IMG/VR virus record: IMGVR_UViG_3300032319_000936
Coordinates: 116,759-180,758 of that record
Length of the DNA: 64,000 nucleotides
Source: a virus
Lineage: Duplodnaviria; Caudoviricetes
Direction: 5' to 3' (one strand)
Part shown: positions 10,672-20,417 of the stretch, in pieces
How positions within the stretch are numbered: the stretch's first letter is position 1
Layout: every line of letters begins with the position of its first letter
Notes under the pieces: generated by a model
Seen by the model: only the letters and a program-made list of their open reading frames with translations
The model's database searches: none
What the model was told of the DNA's origin: nothing
Translations under genes and position numbers: made by a program

Positions 10672-10700
10672 AAAAATGGGACCTTAAAGATCCCATTTTT
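10672..10700. terminator. Bidirectional hairpin terminator
   Basis: AAAAATGGGA-CCTTAAAGA-TCCCATTTTT. Confidence 0.75.
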
Positions 10701-10718
10701 AATAATTTGTCCTAGAGA

Positions 10719-10895
10719 TTAGGCAGCGTTCTTTTTATCTTGAACTTCCACTCTCAGATCTTGAGCTAATTTCTTAAGATCCTGCATAGCTTGTCTAACT
10801 CTTGTTCCTGCGCTTGAATTCCCTTTGCTGTAGAATTTTTCAACGTCGCCTTGTACTCCTTCAAGAAGAGCTTTGATTTGTTCGAATTTCTCCAT
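10719..10895 (-). CDS. Histone H1-like (Hc1-like) nucleoid protein, 58 aa
   Basis: Manual translation MEKFEQIKALLEGVQGDVEKFYSKGNSSAGTRVRQAMQDLKKLAQDLRVEVQDKKNAA has the KGNxxAGTRxR signature. Missed by the ORF track. Confidence 0.85.
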   Translation of the reverse strand: MEKFEQIKALLEGVQGDVEKFYSKGNSSAGTRVRQAMQDLKKLAQDLRVEVQDKKNAA

Positions 10896-10948
10896 TGTTT
10901 TTTAATTTATTTATTAGTTTATATGAAAATTATCTAAAAAGGTTTCGA

Positions 10949-11491
10949 TTATCTAGAGATTAAAATTGAATTTTTATCAACTCCTTCCTGTACGCTCCAA
11001 TCTTCTCCCAAGTATGAAATAACTATGGATTTCATAAATTCCATATATGTTCCTTCACCTGAGAAAACTAGATTATCCTGTATCTCGTCGTAAATCTTGG
11101 ATACTTTAGCATTATACTCCAGGTAATCCAAAATACATTTAGAAACGGTCTCGAATAGTCTAGACACATCGCTTTCCTCCATTTTAAACTCCGCAGATGT
11201 CGCGGGAGGTAAATCAGCTTTGCTTACCGCTATATCCTCTATTTGCTCAGATGATAATTTATTAATGCCAAGCACGCAATATGAGTTCTTAGGCTGATCT
11301 ATTACCTGATGGCTGGAGTATTTACCAATCATGAGTCTAAAGGCATCCTGTTTTCCTTCCTCCCCTGTGTCTATGTAAAAGAGATAGTTAAAGATGTCCT
11401 TTTCTTTCCTTAAAAGGAAGGGTTTCGTTCCAAATCCATCGGACTCGAAAACAGATTCTAAGAATTCATTAAATTTTTTAATTGAAGCCAT
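10949..11491 (-). CDS. Hypothetical protein with N-terminal capsid-targeting-like motif
   Basis: Starts MASIKKFNEFLES. Confidence 0.7.
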   Translation of the reverse strand: MASIKKFNEFLESVFESDGFGTKPFLLRKEKDIFNYLFYIDTGEEGKQDAFRLMIGKYSSHQVIDQPKNSYCVLGINKLSSEQIEDIAVSKADLPPATSAEFKMEESDVSRLFETVSKCILDYLEYNAKVSKIYDEIQDNLVFSGEGTYMEFMKSIVISYLGEDWSVQEGVDKNSILISR

Positions 11492-11492
11492 T

Positions 11493-12578
11493 TTATAAAA
11501 ATATTTCTACCTTGTTGGGATAAACCCTGAAGTATATATTCAAGTCATTAAGTATCTCTATGTTTCGATCATTTACAAACGATTCATTTTTAACTAGAAC
11601 TGAAAGAGCATCTGGAAATCCACCCGTATTCTCGCTATAGATTATCATCGTGTTAAAGTTCTCTGGCTTGGAGTAATGCTCTATCTGATGGCATATTAAT
11701 ATTGGAACTATCTTATCCGGATCGCGGTCAGTTCTAAATCCAACTATCTGGTGAAATCTCTTCCAGAACTCGTTTGCCTTTATCTGGCTAGATTTTATTT
11801 TAGCCAGAAGCAGGTTCAAAGATCTCTTACCGTATGTTTTCTCCTTCTTTTTTGATTTGCCGCTTATCCTATACGATAGGTCTATAAACTGCTTAATTTT
11901 AGGGGATACTAGATTATCCTCGCTGGTAATAGATGCACTTATAGTGGATTTCACTTCAACACGATTGCCATCTATAAAAATATCAGCACCTCTCTCATTG
12001 TTGATAAATCCTCCAAAGGAAAGACAAGAAAGTGTCTCACCCTTACCTCTTCTTCTTTTACCGCTCGGAAAGTATGCATCTATAGTATAAATCTCCTTCA
12101 GATCCTTTCTAGAAATACCATTGAAGCTATCGATCCATCCTATATCAGTTGTGCCATTCTTTACGGCATCGGAGAAACTTATAGAACCTTTGATGGGTTG
12201 TTTTTTAATGAATCTTTTCTCTATGGTATCTAAGGTAACGGGATCTAGATTAATGTAGAAATCCTCAACGTATCCCCTCCTGAACATAATACGGGAATCC
12301 TCGTTAGATCTACCAAAGAATACCTTATATAGGGTTTCTATAATCTGACTAGATCTCTTATCACTATCGTGTATAATATCAAGCAGAGAGGAAGAGCTTT
12401 TTATATTCTTTATTAGTTTTCTCAGCTTTCTGAAACCAGCTTCATCTATACCTGATAAATTGAATTCATCCAGTCTATCTGACATAGAGCCAAGAATGGA
12501 TTTGCATTGCTCTATTTCTAGTGCAACTATATCCTTAGGTGTCTCTGATTTTTTAGGTTTTCTTTTTGAAACCTGCAT
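11493..12578 (-). CDS. PD-(D/E)xK-family nuclease
   Basis: GKGE...GADIFIDGNRVEVKS motif. Confidence 0.65.
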   Translation of the reverse strand: MQVSKRKPKKSETPKDIVALEIEQCKSILGSMSDRLDEFNLSGIDEAGFRKLRKLIKNIKSSSSLLDIIHDSDKRSSQIIETLYKVFFGRSNEDSRIMFRRGYVEDFYINLDPVTLDTIEKRFIKKQPIKGSISFSDAVKNGTTDIGWIDSFNGISRKDLKEIYTIDAYFPSGKRRRGKGETLSCLSFGGFINNERGADIFIDGNRVEVKSTISASITSEDNLVSPKIKQFIDLSYRISGKSKKKEKTYGKRSLNLLLAKIKSSQIKANEFWKRFHQIVGFRTDRDPDKIVPILICHQIEHYSKPENFNTMIIYSENTGGFPDALSVLVKNESFVNDRNIEILNDLNIYFRVYPNKVEIFL

Positions 12579-12582
12579 TCAG

Positions 12583-14523
12583 TTACTTTTTAGAACTTTG
12601 GTTTAATCCGTTATGTACACCAGAAACGAGGGTTGCGTATAATGAAGCGACACAAGGTGGTACTAACTTCTTAAATGCTGTGAAATCCTCATTCTTAAGT
12701 TTATCCCTTACCTCGGTTGCACTAGTCGTTCTTTTGGTTTTAAAGACCTTCGTAGTGGTTGGGAATTCCTTACCCGCTTTAACCAGGTAATCCACTTGCT
12801 TGTTATAATCGTCAGATTTATCATCTCCTGCCCCTATTAACTCGATTCTATAACCTAGCTTTCTAATCTCTCCAGCTATAATACCTAAAAGACCTCTATT
12901 GACAATTATGAATCCGCTTAAAACTTCCGGATATTCTCTAACAACAGATTCCATGTAAGTCTTTATAACATTATCGTCGAATGGTGATTTTCCTGATTTA
13001 TTATGACCAGGATAGACCACAACAGCTATAGATGGTAAATCGTTTTGCTCTTTTAGTTCCTTTGTCATTGCTAAGTGACCTTTATGGAAAGGTTGGAATC
13101 TGCCAACAATAATATTAATTGGCTTTAATTCATTTTTATTAGAATCCTCTTCTAGCGGAGCTATATTTTTAACTTCCTTTGTGTCTATATGTTCAAGATC
13201 AGATATGAATTGTGAGAATGTCTCGCCATATGGTTGGGGTTCTTCCTGCTCGTTATCGGATTCCTCAGTGACATATTCTACTTTCTTTCTAAATTTAGAT
13301 TTAAAATCATTGAAAGAAGGTATCTCAGATTCGTTTATTTTTTTAGTCTCCTTTTCAGAAATAGCTTCTTCTATCTCCTTCACGACTGAATTGAACTGAT
13401 CTATAAAATCCTGATTTATTATTCCACCAGCTCTCTTTTTTATTTTTCTAAACTGGTTAACGATCAATTTATATAGGGATTCAAAAGCGTCATCCTCTTC
13501 TATATAGGCAAGAGCAGCTCTATTTGGAACCATTTTCTTATTGACTCTAAACTCATCTTTCTTTAAATATTCAGGTTCCTCGAAATCAGTTTCACTATAC
13601 TTATCCTTATACTCATCTAAGAACTTAACAAACACGTCAGAGATAAAAGAAAGATATCTTTCATCTTCTGTTTTACCTTTGAAATCAAAACTACCAACTC
13701 CTCTTTCAAGTATGAAATTCATAACATCCAGAATAGTTATAACTAAGAAATCGCTAGGCTTTGTCTCTTTCTTCTGCACATATTTACTCTTTGCCAGCTC
13801 GGTGAAAAGAGGATCTACCATTTTTGCTAAAACCGGTTCTTCACCTTCCTCATCAGAGCCAAATCTAAATACTATACCTTCGATTGCCTTTTCTAGATCA
13901 TTATTCAATGCTGTCTTTTCCAATTTAGGATTTAAAACACCAACTATGTAAGCCACAAAGCTCTTTGTTCTAAATTCCTCTATAAGATCAGAGAATGGTG
14001 TGTTTATAAACTCGAGAATACTTCTTTTTTGGAGCTCTGTTAATTTGCCTTGAAAAATGATAGGTGGCCTTTCTACTCCTAGTAAATCCGCCCATTTATC
14101 TAGATCTTCTTTACTTTGTATAGTTGACTTTGCTCTGCCGTTATCTAATTTGTGGACGTACGATAGAATGAGATTGTTGTTTGGCATTCTATCATAAGCA
14201 ATCTCAAGTGGCTGCGGAGAAGAGAAATATTCAAGACCAAATCTCCACCCTCTTGGTATCAATTGTATCACGTGTGGTGGAAGTGACTCTATGTATTGTA
14301 TAGGCTTCTCGTAGTACTTCATAATGGTTCTATCGACCATTGTGATGGGATTTCTCTGATCCCTTTTATAAAACTTAAATTTACCATTATCGATATCGCG
14401 TTCAAATGTGAACGCAGAACCGTCCATCTTTTCGTTCACTGTCACGAAAGAGCTAAAGAGGTTGTTGATAAACTCGTTCCCTTTTTTGTGGTAAAGATCC
14501 TGTAGATGGGAAATACTTGACAT
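12583..14523 (-). CDS. Fusion of an RNA-ligase-like adenylyltransferase domain and an HxGH (NMNAT/cytidylyltransferase-like) domain
   Basis: N-terminal half: EKMDGS (motif I), GLEYF (III), EGIVFR (IV), LAKMVD (V). C-terminal domain: IVGRFQPFHKGH, SPF, TSATEVR. Confidence 0.8.
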   Translation of the reverse strand: MSSISHLQDLYHKKGNEFINNLFSSFVTVNEKMDGSAFTFERDIDNGKFKFYKRDQRNPITMVDRTIMKYYEKPIQYIESLPPHVIQLIPRGWRFGLEYFSSPQPLEIAYDRMPNNNLILSYVHKLDNGRAKSTIQSKEDLDKWADLLGVERPPIIFQGKLTELQKRSILEFINTPFSDLIEEFRTKSFVAYIVGVLNPKLEKTALNNDLEKAIEGIVFRFGSDEEGEEPVLAKMVDPLFTELAKSKYVQKKETKPSDFLVITILDVMNFILERGVGSFDFKGKTEDERYLSFISDVFVKFLDEYKDKYSETDFEEPEYLKKDEFRVNKKMVPNRAALAYIEEDDAFESLYKLIVNQFRKIKKRAGGIINQDFIDQFNSVVKEIEEAISEKETKKINESEIPSFNDFKSKFRKKVEYVTEESDNEQEEPQPYGETFSQFISDLEHIDTKEVKNIAPLEEDSNKNELKPINIIVGRFQPFHKGHLAMTKELKEQNDLPSIAVVVYPGHNKSGKSPFDDNVIKTYMESVVREYPEVLSGFIIVNRGLLGIIAGEIRKLGYRIELIGAGDDKSDDYNKQVDYLVKAGKEFPTTTKVFKTKRTTSATEVRDKLKNEDFTAFKKLVPPCVASLYATLVSGVHNGLNQSSKK

Positions 14524-14563
14524 AAATTCGCTTTTTAATTTTAACTTAAATTTTACTTTTGTT

Positions 14564-15490
14564 TCAGCCTAATTTTTCTGTCTCAGGTGGAACAGGTAAA
14601 TCTGTTCTATTTAGTAACTGTATAAACTTCTCCTTTATCTGAGGAAGAAATTCTTTATATTTGAAATTCGGAGAAGTCATTATAGATAAAACTTTTTCGA
14701 ATGTTTTGACGTCATTCTCACTATATCCTGGTCCAAGGGCATAGTTTATAAATTCCTGTGGATCATCTGTTATGAATTCTTCTGTTCCCGGAAGCTTTTG
14801 AGCATTTTTTAATCTCGGCTTTAATTTACCTCTAAAGCTTTTGGTTTGGAGATATAAACCGCTAGGTAAAATCAAAGCAGGTGTTCTATAATCTAAAACC
14901 TCACCCTGTTCATCATTAGCCAATATCTCTCTTCTTGCAACAAGAGCTGCACTTAAAAGCCAATTTCTATGAGCAGATTTCCACTGGCTTTCATCCATTC
15001 TATAATCAGGCGAATAATAGATAAACTTCGCCCATTCCATATTTTGGAGAGGCATAAGATCCAGTTGGACAAAACCGTTATTTGCATCACCAGCTATTGG
15101 CCAAGCTACACTAAGTATATTCAGGCCAGATAGATTGTTCATTTCTGGCTCAAATCCAAGAACTCTAGGTAGCTCTGGGCTTAGCATATTCATAAGAGTC
15201 TTCGAGCACTCCTTGAATGGTATACCATTCTTAGTAGCAAAATAATTTCCATTAAATCCAAGATCTATATCACCGGATGTGTCCTCGATATTTTTCTTCT
15301 TTCCGGTTGAGCCTATAAAAATATAGTCCTTTCCCTCTTTATAGGAATCAAGATCTAAAAGAGGTAACAGAACCTCTTTTATATTTTCTATGGTTTTCAT
15401 AGCTTCGTCCTGTCTGATCGGTCTAGCACTTTTAATAGCCTTCCCGCCTTCAGATACATTCTTAAACTCCCCGAAATTTTTTAATCTCAT
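14564..15490 (-). CDS. Pol-beta superfamily nucleotidyltransferase
   Basis: IGSTGKK...SGDIDL (GS..DxD) with a third Asp in VQLDLM; N-terminal MRLKNFGEF motif. Confidence 0.75.
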   Translation of the reverse strand: MRLKNFGEFKNVSEGGKAIKSARPIRQDEAMKTIENIKEVLLPLLDLDSYKEGKDYIFIGSTGKKKNIEDTSGDIDLGFNGNYFATKNGIPFKECSKTLMNMLSPELPRVLGFEPEMNNLSGLNILSVAWPIAGDANNGFVQLDLMPLQNMEWAKFIYYSPDYRMDESQWKSAHRNWLLSAALVARREILANDEQGEVLDYRTPALILPSGLYLQTKSFRGKLKPRLKNAQKLPGTEEFITDDPQEFINYALGPGYSENDVKTFEKVLSIMTSPNFKYKEFLPQIKEKFIQLLNRTDLPVPPETEKLG

Positions 15491-16044
15491 TATTTCTTCT
15501 GATTTATTCTACCGTAATATCTCGATGTTGCATCGTATAGATCCTCAGCATATCTTTTCTCGTCTTCTGTCTTTGGCTTGTCAGGATCAAAGTCTTTACC
15601 GAAAATTTTCTTGCCTCTTTCCACACCATTCATGTAAAAATTAGCAGCATCCTTATCTGTAACTTTTTTCTGATCACCACTAAATGTTTTTCTTTCCCAC
15701 CTGTCCAAATCCTCCTTGCTTTTCTTTTTGTAACCTTCCCCTTTTTTAGCGTCACCGAAAAGAGCATCACTAACTCCAGCTCCTAAGTTAAGAAGAAAAC
15801 CAGATATTGAACCTAAAACTCTCAAAGGATCTCCTAGATTTTTAGTTTTTCCGGGTGCATCCTTTCTAGCATCCATCCCGCTTTTAACTCTTCCCTTTAT
15901 ATCCTCTAACCAGTTTCCGATATTGCTAGATCTTTCTCTGTCCTTGAAAACAGAAAGCTTTCCCTTTAAAGGTCCGTATCCTCTATCTGAGCCGTAATAT
16001 CTTCTCTCCTCTGTTATAAATTGATCGAAATTCTTGATTCCCAT
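15490..16044 (-). CDS. Hypothetical protein with capsid-targeting-like motif
   Basis: Starts MGIKNFDQFITEE; one amphipathic/hydrophobic segment. Confidence 0.7.
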   Translation of the reverse strand: MGIKNFDQFITEERRYYGSDRGYGPLKGKLSVFKDRERSSNIGNWLEDIKGRVKSGMDARKDAPGKTKNLGDPLRVLGSISGFLLNLGAGVSDALFGDAKKGEGYKKKSKEDLDRWERKTFSGDQKKVTDKDAANFYMNGVERGKKIFGKDFDPDKPKTEDEKRYAEDLYDATSRYYGRINQKK

Positions 16045-16059
16045 AAGAAATTTTTATTC

Positions 16060-16067
16060 TATATATC
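16060..16067 (-). promoter_or_regulatory. Putative late promoter GATATATA heading the NTase/ligase operon
   Basis: Recurrent octamer 15 nt upstream of the ATG. Confidence 0.65.
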
Positions 16068-16078
16068 AAAAATTAGCG

Positions 16079-17602
16079 CTAAAGCTTAACCTTGAATACT
16101 TTATAAGAGAATCCTTCCCTTTTATAGATCTCGATTCTAACAAGACTGTGCTTCATTAGATAATTTTGATATCTGGGACTACTAAAATCATCAACAAAGT
16201 CTATCACGTTAACTTTCTCCTTTCCCTCCATTTTTCTCATTCCTCTTCCCAAGCTTTGCTTGATTAAGACCTCGCTCTTGTATGATTCAACAAGGAAGAT
16301 ATTGTGAAGGTTGTTAATAGAAATCCCCGTCGCAAATGTTCCGTATGTTGCTATCAAGATTCTATTCTCTCCGAAACCCATTCTTGATTTATACTCCTCC
16401 CTTAAATTCTCGTCGGTGTCACCATCAACATAAAAAACTTCTTTATCGTTATTCTTATCTCTTATTAGATTGAATATTTGTTTGCCGTATTCGTCCTTCA
16501 CGGACTGGAATAGAACTAGTGAATTTTTGGAGATTTTCGATATAAAATCAACAATATAGTTAATCCTCTTCTTGGATTCAACAACCATTCTTCTCTCAAC
16601 ATTATAAATCTCCGTTCCCTCTACATTGCCGTGATTTGACTTCAATTCAGCTAACTTGTCTTTGTATTCCTGCTCGAGCCAATCTAGGATAACAACCTTT
16701 ATCGATATTGGAGTTGCATAGTTATTTTCAAAAAGGAAGCTGGGTGGTATTTCAACGACCAATGGTCCAAGGAACTGCTGTATAGTTAAATAGTCAGCTG
16801 TCCCTCTTTTTGTTAAAGTACCGGTGAGTCCATATCTCCATTGAGAATGCATGCATTTTGCTAGTATCTTCTTAATGGACATTGAATTACTAAAATGAGC
16901 CTCGTCCACAAACGCTGCATCAACTTCTTCAAAAAATTCAGCTTCCTGTTTCACTAGGGATTGGAATGTACCTATTATCAGATCGCATCCAGGTCTTAAC
17001 TTATTACCCGCTCCGATCTGTTGTATTTTAACCCCCAGTTTCTGCAGGCCATAGTCATCAAAATCCTCACTTGCCTGTATGACAAGGTTAGTATTAGGAG
17101 CTACCATCATATACTTCCTAATGAGACCCTGGCTTTTCAAATAAGCAAATATCATAAATGATATAAGGGTCTTCCCCGAGGAAGTAGCTACCTCTGAAAC
17201 AGAATATCTATATTTGATAATCTTCCATGCAGTTTCTATCTGGTAATCTCTGGGCTTTTTATCTGAATCAGCAAAAAATTCATTAGTCCACTCTGTAAAT
17301 TCCTCTAATGTCAATTTCTGGTTGATAATATTTGCTAGTCCGTCTATCTCTATCTCTATTTTATACTCCTCGCCTATCTGCATCAATTCTCTCCACAAGC
17401 CTATAGGAACTCTCCAGAATGCTCCTTTCTTTTCTATGAAACAGACATTACCGTCCCATATTTTTTTCTTGACCAGAGGATGGAAAAAGTGGTTGTGTAT
17501 TTTCTTAGTCATCGATATCTCAATTTGCTTCTTCTCAACCTCATCAGGAGACTGGGTTAGGACAAGCCATTGGTGATCATCGGATACTATAAATTTAAGC
17601 AT
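16079..17602 (-). CDS. uvsW: UvsW-like SF2 DNA helicase
   Basis: RDYQ, ATSSGKT, VDEAH, GLTGT and QSLGRGMR motifs; KIWDG N-terminal region. Confidence 0.92.
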   Translation of the reverse strand: MLKFIVSDDHQWLVLTQSPDEVEKKQIEISMTKKIHNHFFHPLVKKKIWDGNVCFIEKKGAFWRVPIGLWRELMQIGEEYKIEIEIDGLANIINQKLTLEEFTEWTNEFFADSDKKPRDYQIETAWKIIKYRYSVSEVATSSGKTLISFMIFAYLKSQGLIRKYMMVAPNTNLVIQASEDFDDYGLQKLGVKIQQIGAGNKLRPGCDLIIGTFQSLVKQEAEFFEEVDAAFVDEAHFSNSMSIKKILAKCMHSQWRYGLTGTLTKRGTADYLTIQQFLGPLVVEIPPSFLFENNYATPISIKVVILDWLEQEYKDKLAELKSNHGNVEGTEIYNVERRMVVESKKRINYIVDFISKISKNSLVLFQSVKDEYGKQIFNLIRDKNNDKEVFYVDGDTDENLREEYKSRMGFGENRILIATYGTFATGISINNLHNIFLVESYKSEVLIKQSLGRGMRKMEGKEKVNVIDFVDDFSSPRYQNYLMKHSLVRIEIYKREGFSYKVFKVKL

Positions 17603-17604
17603 GA

Positions 17605-18054
17605 TTATTTAACTGTTGTTCCTCTAAGATATTCTTCTAACGCTATCCTTTGACGAATTCCATATAGCATGTGATCCACTGTTTGAACCGTCTGGTCCAT
17701 GAATTTTCTATGTCCCTCTACGAGTTCTATTTTTTCAACCAAAGCTGTTAAATCTCCCTCAATTAGAACAGTCTTCTCGTTAGATCCGTACCTCACATCA
17801 GTTTTCTCAGAGTATTCTTTTAGCTTAGCAGATTTACCCTCTCTGTACTTAGCATTAAGTTTAGAGACTATACCAGCTAATTTAAAGCTGTATTCTAGAA
17901 GCATTTGTCTGTATCCAAAAAGATCGACCTGTGCTTTTGCAACTGTTTTTATGTCTTTCAGGTTAAGAGCTAGCCCTTGTATTTTCTCTCTCCACTCTTC
18001 CCTTTCTCTATCAAACATTTGCTTGAAGTCTTCTTGCTTTTCCTCTTTTTCCAT
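17605..18054 (-). CDS. uvsY: UvsY-like recombination mediator
   Basis: 149-aa helical protein directly upstream of uvsW; the call rests largely on T4-like synteny. Confidence 0.55.
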   Translation of the reverse strand: MEKEEKQEDFKQMFDREREEWREKIQGLALNLKDIKTVAKAQVDLFGYRQMLLEYSFKLAGIVSKLNAKYREGKSAKLKEYSEKTDVRYGSNEKTVLIEGDLTALVEKIELVEGHRKFMDQTVQTVDHMLYGIRQRIALEEYLRGTTVK

Positions 18055-18311
18055 TAGAATAAACTTTTTTTGCTTTTCTTGTTTTTATTTTCTATGGTTT
18101 TAATAACCACGGTTTTCTTTTTATCCTGAGGTTTTTTCACATCAGGTTCTTTCATATCTGTGTTTAATGAATCAAGAGCAGAATCCTTAATTTCCAAAGG
18201 GAATTTAAACTTGGGATGCGAGTCATCGTCAATTTTATTTTCCCATTCTTCCATCTTACTCTGGATCTCCTTTGTGTCATCCATCAATAAAGTATCCCAA
18301 GTCCAATACAT
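18054..18311 (-). CDS. Small hypothetical protein
   Basis: ORF coupled to the primase and uvsY-like genes; true start is probably the second Met. Confidence 0.55.
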   Translation of the reverse strand: MYWTWDTLLMDDTKEIQSKMEEWENKIDDDSHPKFKFPLEIKDSALDSLNTDMKEPDVKKPQDKKKTVVIKTIENKNKKSKKSLF

Positions 18312-19341
18312 CGTCAGTAAAGTAATTTTCGAATCTTCTGATTTTCTTACCCGTCTTTCTCAGATGGATAACAAGATCGTTCAAATCCCATTTTCTATTC
18401 TTTGTTATAGTGTGATCTTCTAAAAATTTTCCCCAGTTAAACACCTTAAATCCAGATGTGAGTAACTCTATGGATTTATTAAGCCCAGCCTTATCCCAAT
18501 CATACCAGAATCTAATATTCTCGACATCAAATGGAAATCTATTTTCAACTGAACAAAGTCCCACTGAATTTTTCCAAAGCCAAGAATCCATCGGTCCTTC
18601 GAATATTGTTATATCTTCCCCAAAGTCAATTGTAGCAACATTGAAAACAGATGAGATAGGATCTATTTTTCGGCAGCCATCCAGGAATTCACTGTCCTTA
18701 CAGAATAGAAGTTTTTCCCATATTCCACTTAGTTTATAAGTCAGATACTTAGAAGATCCCTTTATTGAATTCATATTTCTCAACTGAAGTCCAATTATTT
18801 TGTCTTCCTTGTTAAGATTGAAAAGGAATAGTTTCTCCTTCTTAGGATCCCATGCAAATCTATTGTCTACAGACTGGTATCTCTTTCTTAGGTATCTTTC
18901 TATAGGTTGACCTGATACATCCTTTAAACCCAGGCTTTCCATAAATTGTGACCTCGGTATAATGAACTTGTTGATGTCATCTTCGAAGAACATGGAGATA
19001 TCAGTAGAGCCTATTATCGGTCTTCTCTTATCTCTATTTTCATCTAAGATCTTCTTAATCTCAGAAACCTCATCTCTGGATAGCTTTCCATAAACCCCAA
19101 ATTCATTAAAGAAGGATAAGGAGGATTTAAAAACTCCGCATCCCCCATTATAGCATTTATATGCCTGCGTGTCCATATAGAAGTTACCTCTTTTCTTTCT
19201 GGCGTCATTAGAGTCTCCGCAATATGGGCACGAGAAATTAAGACGGTTTCCCGAAGAGTATATCCTCTGTTTACTGGAGGATCCAGGAAATTCCCTACTG
19301 AGGACTTCCCTGACGAGTGATTCTATTTTGCTAGGTTCCAT
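18277..19341 (-). CDS. DNA primase (T4 gp61-like)
   Basis: Zn finger NFSCPYCGDS..KRG..YKCYNGGC and TOPRIM motifs FEGPMDS, YDWDKAG, WDLND. Confidence 0.9.
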   Translation of the reverse strand: MEPSKIESLVREVLSREFPGSSSKQRIYSSGNRLNFSCPYCGDSNDARKKRGNFYMDTQAYKCYNGGCGVFKSSLSFFNEFGVYGKLSRDEVSEIKKILDENRDKRRPIIGSTDISMFFEDDINKFIIPRSQFMESLGLKDVSGQPIERYLRKRYQSVDNRFAWDPKKEKLFLFNLNKEDKIIGLQLRNMNSIKGSSKYLTYKLSGIWEKLLFCKDSEFLDGCRKIDPISSVFNVATIDFGEDITIFEGPMDSWLWKNSVGLCSVENRFPFDVENIRFWYDWDKAGLNKSIELLTSGFKVFNWGKFLEDHTITKNRKWDLNDLVIHLRKTGKKIRRFENYFTDDVLDLGYFIDG

Positions 19342-19346
19342 TGGAC

Positions 19347-19380
19347 AAAAAACAACCGGAGAACTCAAGCTCTCCGGTTG
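19347..19380 (-). terminator. Intrinsic terminator after the ssb gene
   Basis: CAACCGGAGAGC-TTGA-GTTCTCCGGTTG-TTTTTT. Confidence 0.85.
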
Positions 19381-19395
19381 ATATTGTTTTAAATC

Positions 19396-20391
19396 TTATA
19401 GATCTGCGTATAAATCTTCTAGTGAAGAAGATCCACCTGAACTCTTAGGTGTCTCAGATTTTAAGAAATCTGAATTTGGCTTCATAGAATCTGAGTTTGT
19501 TGTTACCTCAGTATAGAAGTCGGAGGATTCGCTAGTAGCTTTGTCTTCTTTAAAAGGTGCTTTAGCTGGGCCGGAAGAAGTCACATTAGAAGATGCATTG
19601 GATACACCACTAACAATCTCGTTAATAAGTCTTCCGTCTGGTACTGTGCTTCTGATGACGCCCATTACTTTTTCGGTTAAATTATCATCCCACTCCTTGT
19701 ATTCGAAAGATCCAAGATTTTGAGGACCGGTCTTCAAATACTCAAGAACGCTATTCATTCCCTCTTGTGTTTTCTCCATCTTGTTACCATCGATGGTGAT
19801 TGGTCCTCTCTCGCCTACAAATTGGCAAAGATCGTAGTTGTTCCATTCTCCAACTTTTCTAACGCTAACTCCGAAAAGTTTACCGTCGAATAAGTCATAT
19901 GGGTTGCACGGATCACCATACTCTGGCTTCAATTGTGCCTCTACCATATCATTGATCTTCTTACCAAATTTCCAGATCATTATTTTACCCTCTAATTCAG
20001 GTCTATTCTTATCCTGTACTACTTGTACTAAGGAATAATAGTCCTCCTTTCTAGAGAATTTCTTAGCCAACTCCTGATCTGCAGCAGAGTGAGAGTTCTT
20101 AAGCTTCCAGAAGATGTCTTTTAAAATAGACTTCTTACCAACTGTAGATGGGCAATCTACAGAAAAACCGTCTCCGCTTTGCGGATCGTTCAAATACACG
20201 TAGTATTTGTGGACCTTAGATTTCTTAGGATCTGCAGAATTTGGTACAAAGCGGATAAGTGCTTTATACACTCCGTCCTTACCATCCTCTGGGTACGGCT
20301 TGTAAAATTCCAAATCCTTAGATTCTCCAGATTTTGTCTTGGTTACGAACATGTCGCCATCAAGATTGAAAATGTCATTCAAGTTACTCAT
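19396..20391 (-). CDS. Single-stranded DNA-binding protein (T4 gp32-like)
   Basis: ALIRFVP, CPSTVG, PELEGKIMIWKFGKKI, NPYDLFDG, NYD and an acidic tail LEDLYADL. Confidence 0.92.
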   Translation of the reverse strand: MSNLNDIFNLDGDMFVTKTKSGESKDLEFYKPYPEDGKDGVYKALIRFVPNSADPKKSKVHKYYVYLNDPQSGDGFSVDCPSTVGKKSILKDIFWKLKNSHSAADQELAKKFSRKEDYYSLVQVVQDKNRPELEGKIMIWKFGKKINDMVEAQLKPEYGDPCNPYDLFDGKLFGVSVRKVGEWNNYDLCQFVGERGPITIDGNKMEKTQEGMNSVLEYLKTGPQNLGSFEYKEWDDNLTEKVMGVIRSTVPDGRLINEIVSGVSNASSNVTSSGPAKAPFKEDKATSESSDFYTEVTTNSDSMKPNSDFLKSETPKSSGGSSSLEDLYADL

Positions 20392-20417
20392 AATTTTTAA
20401 TTGTTTTTTATTTAAGT

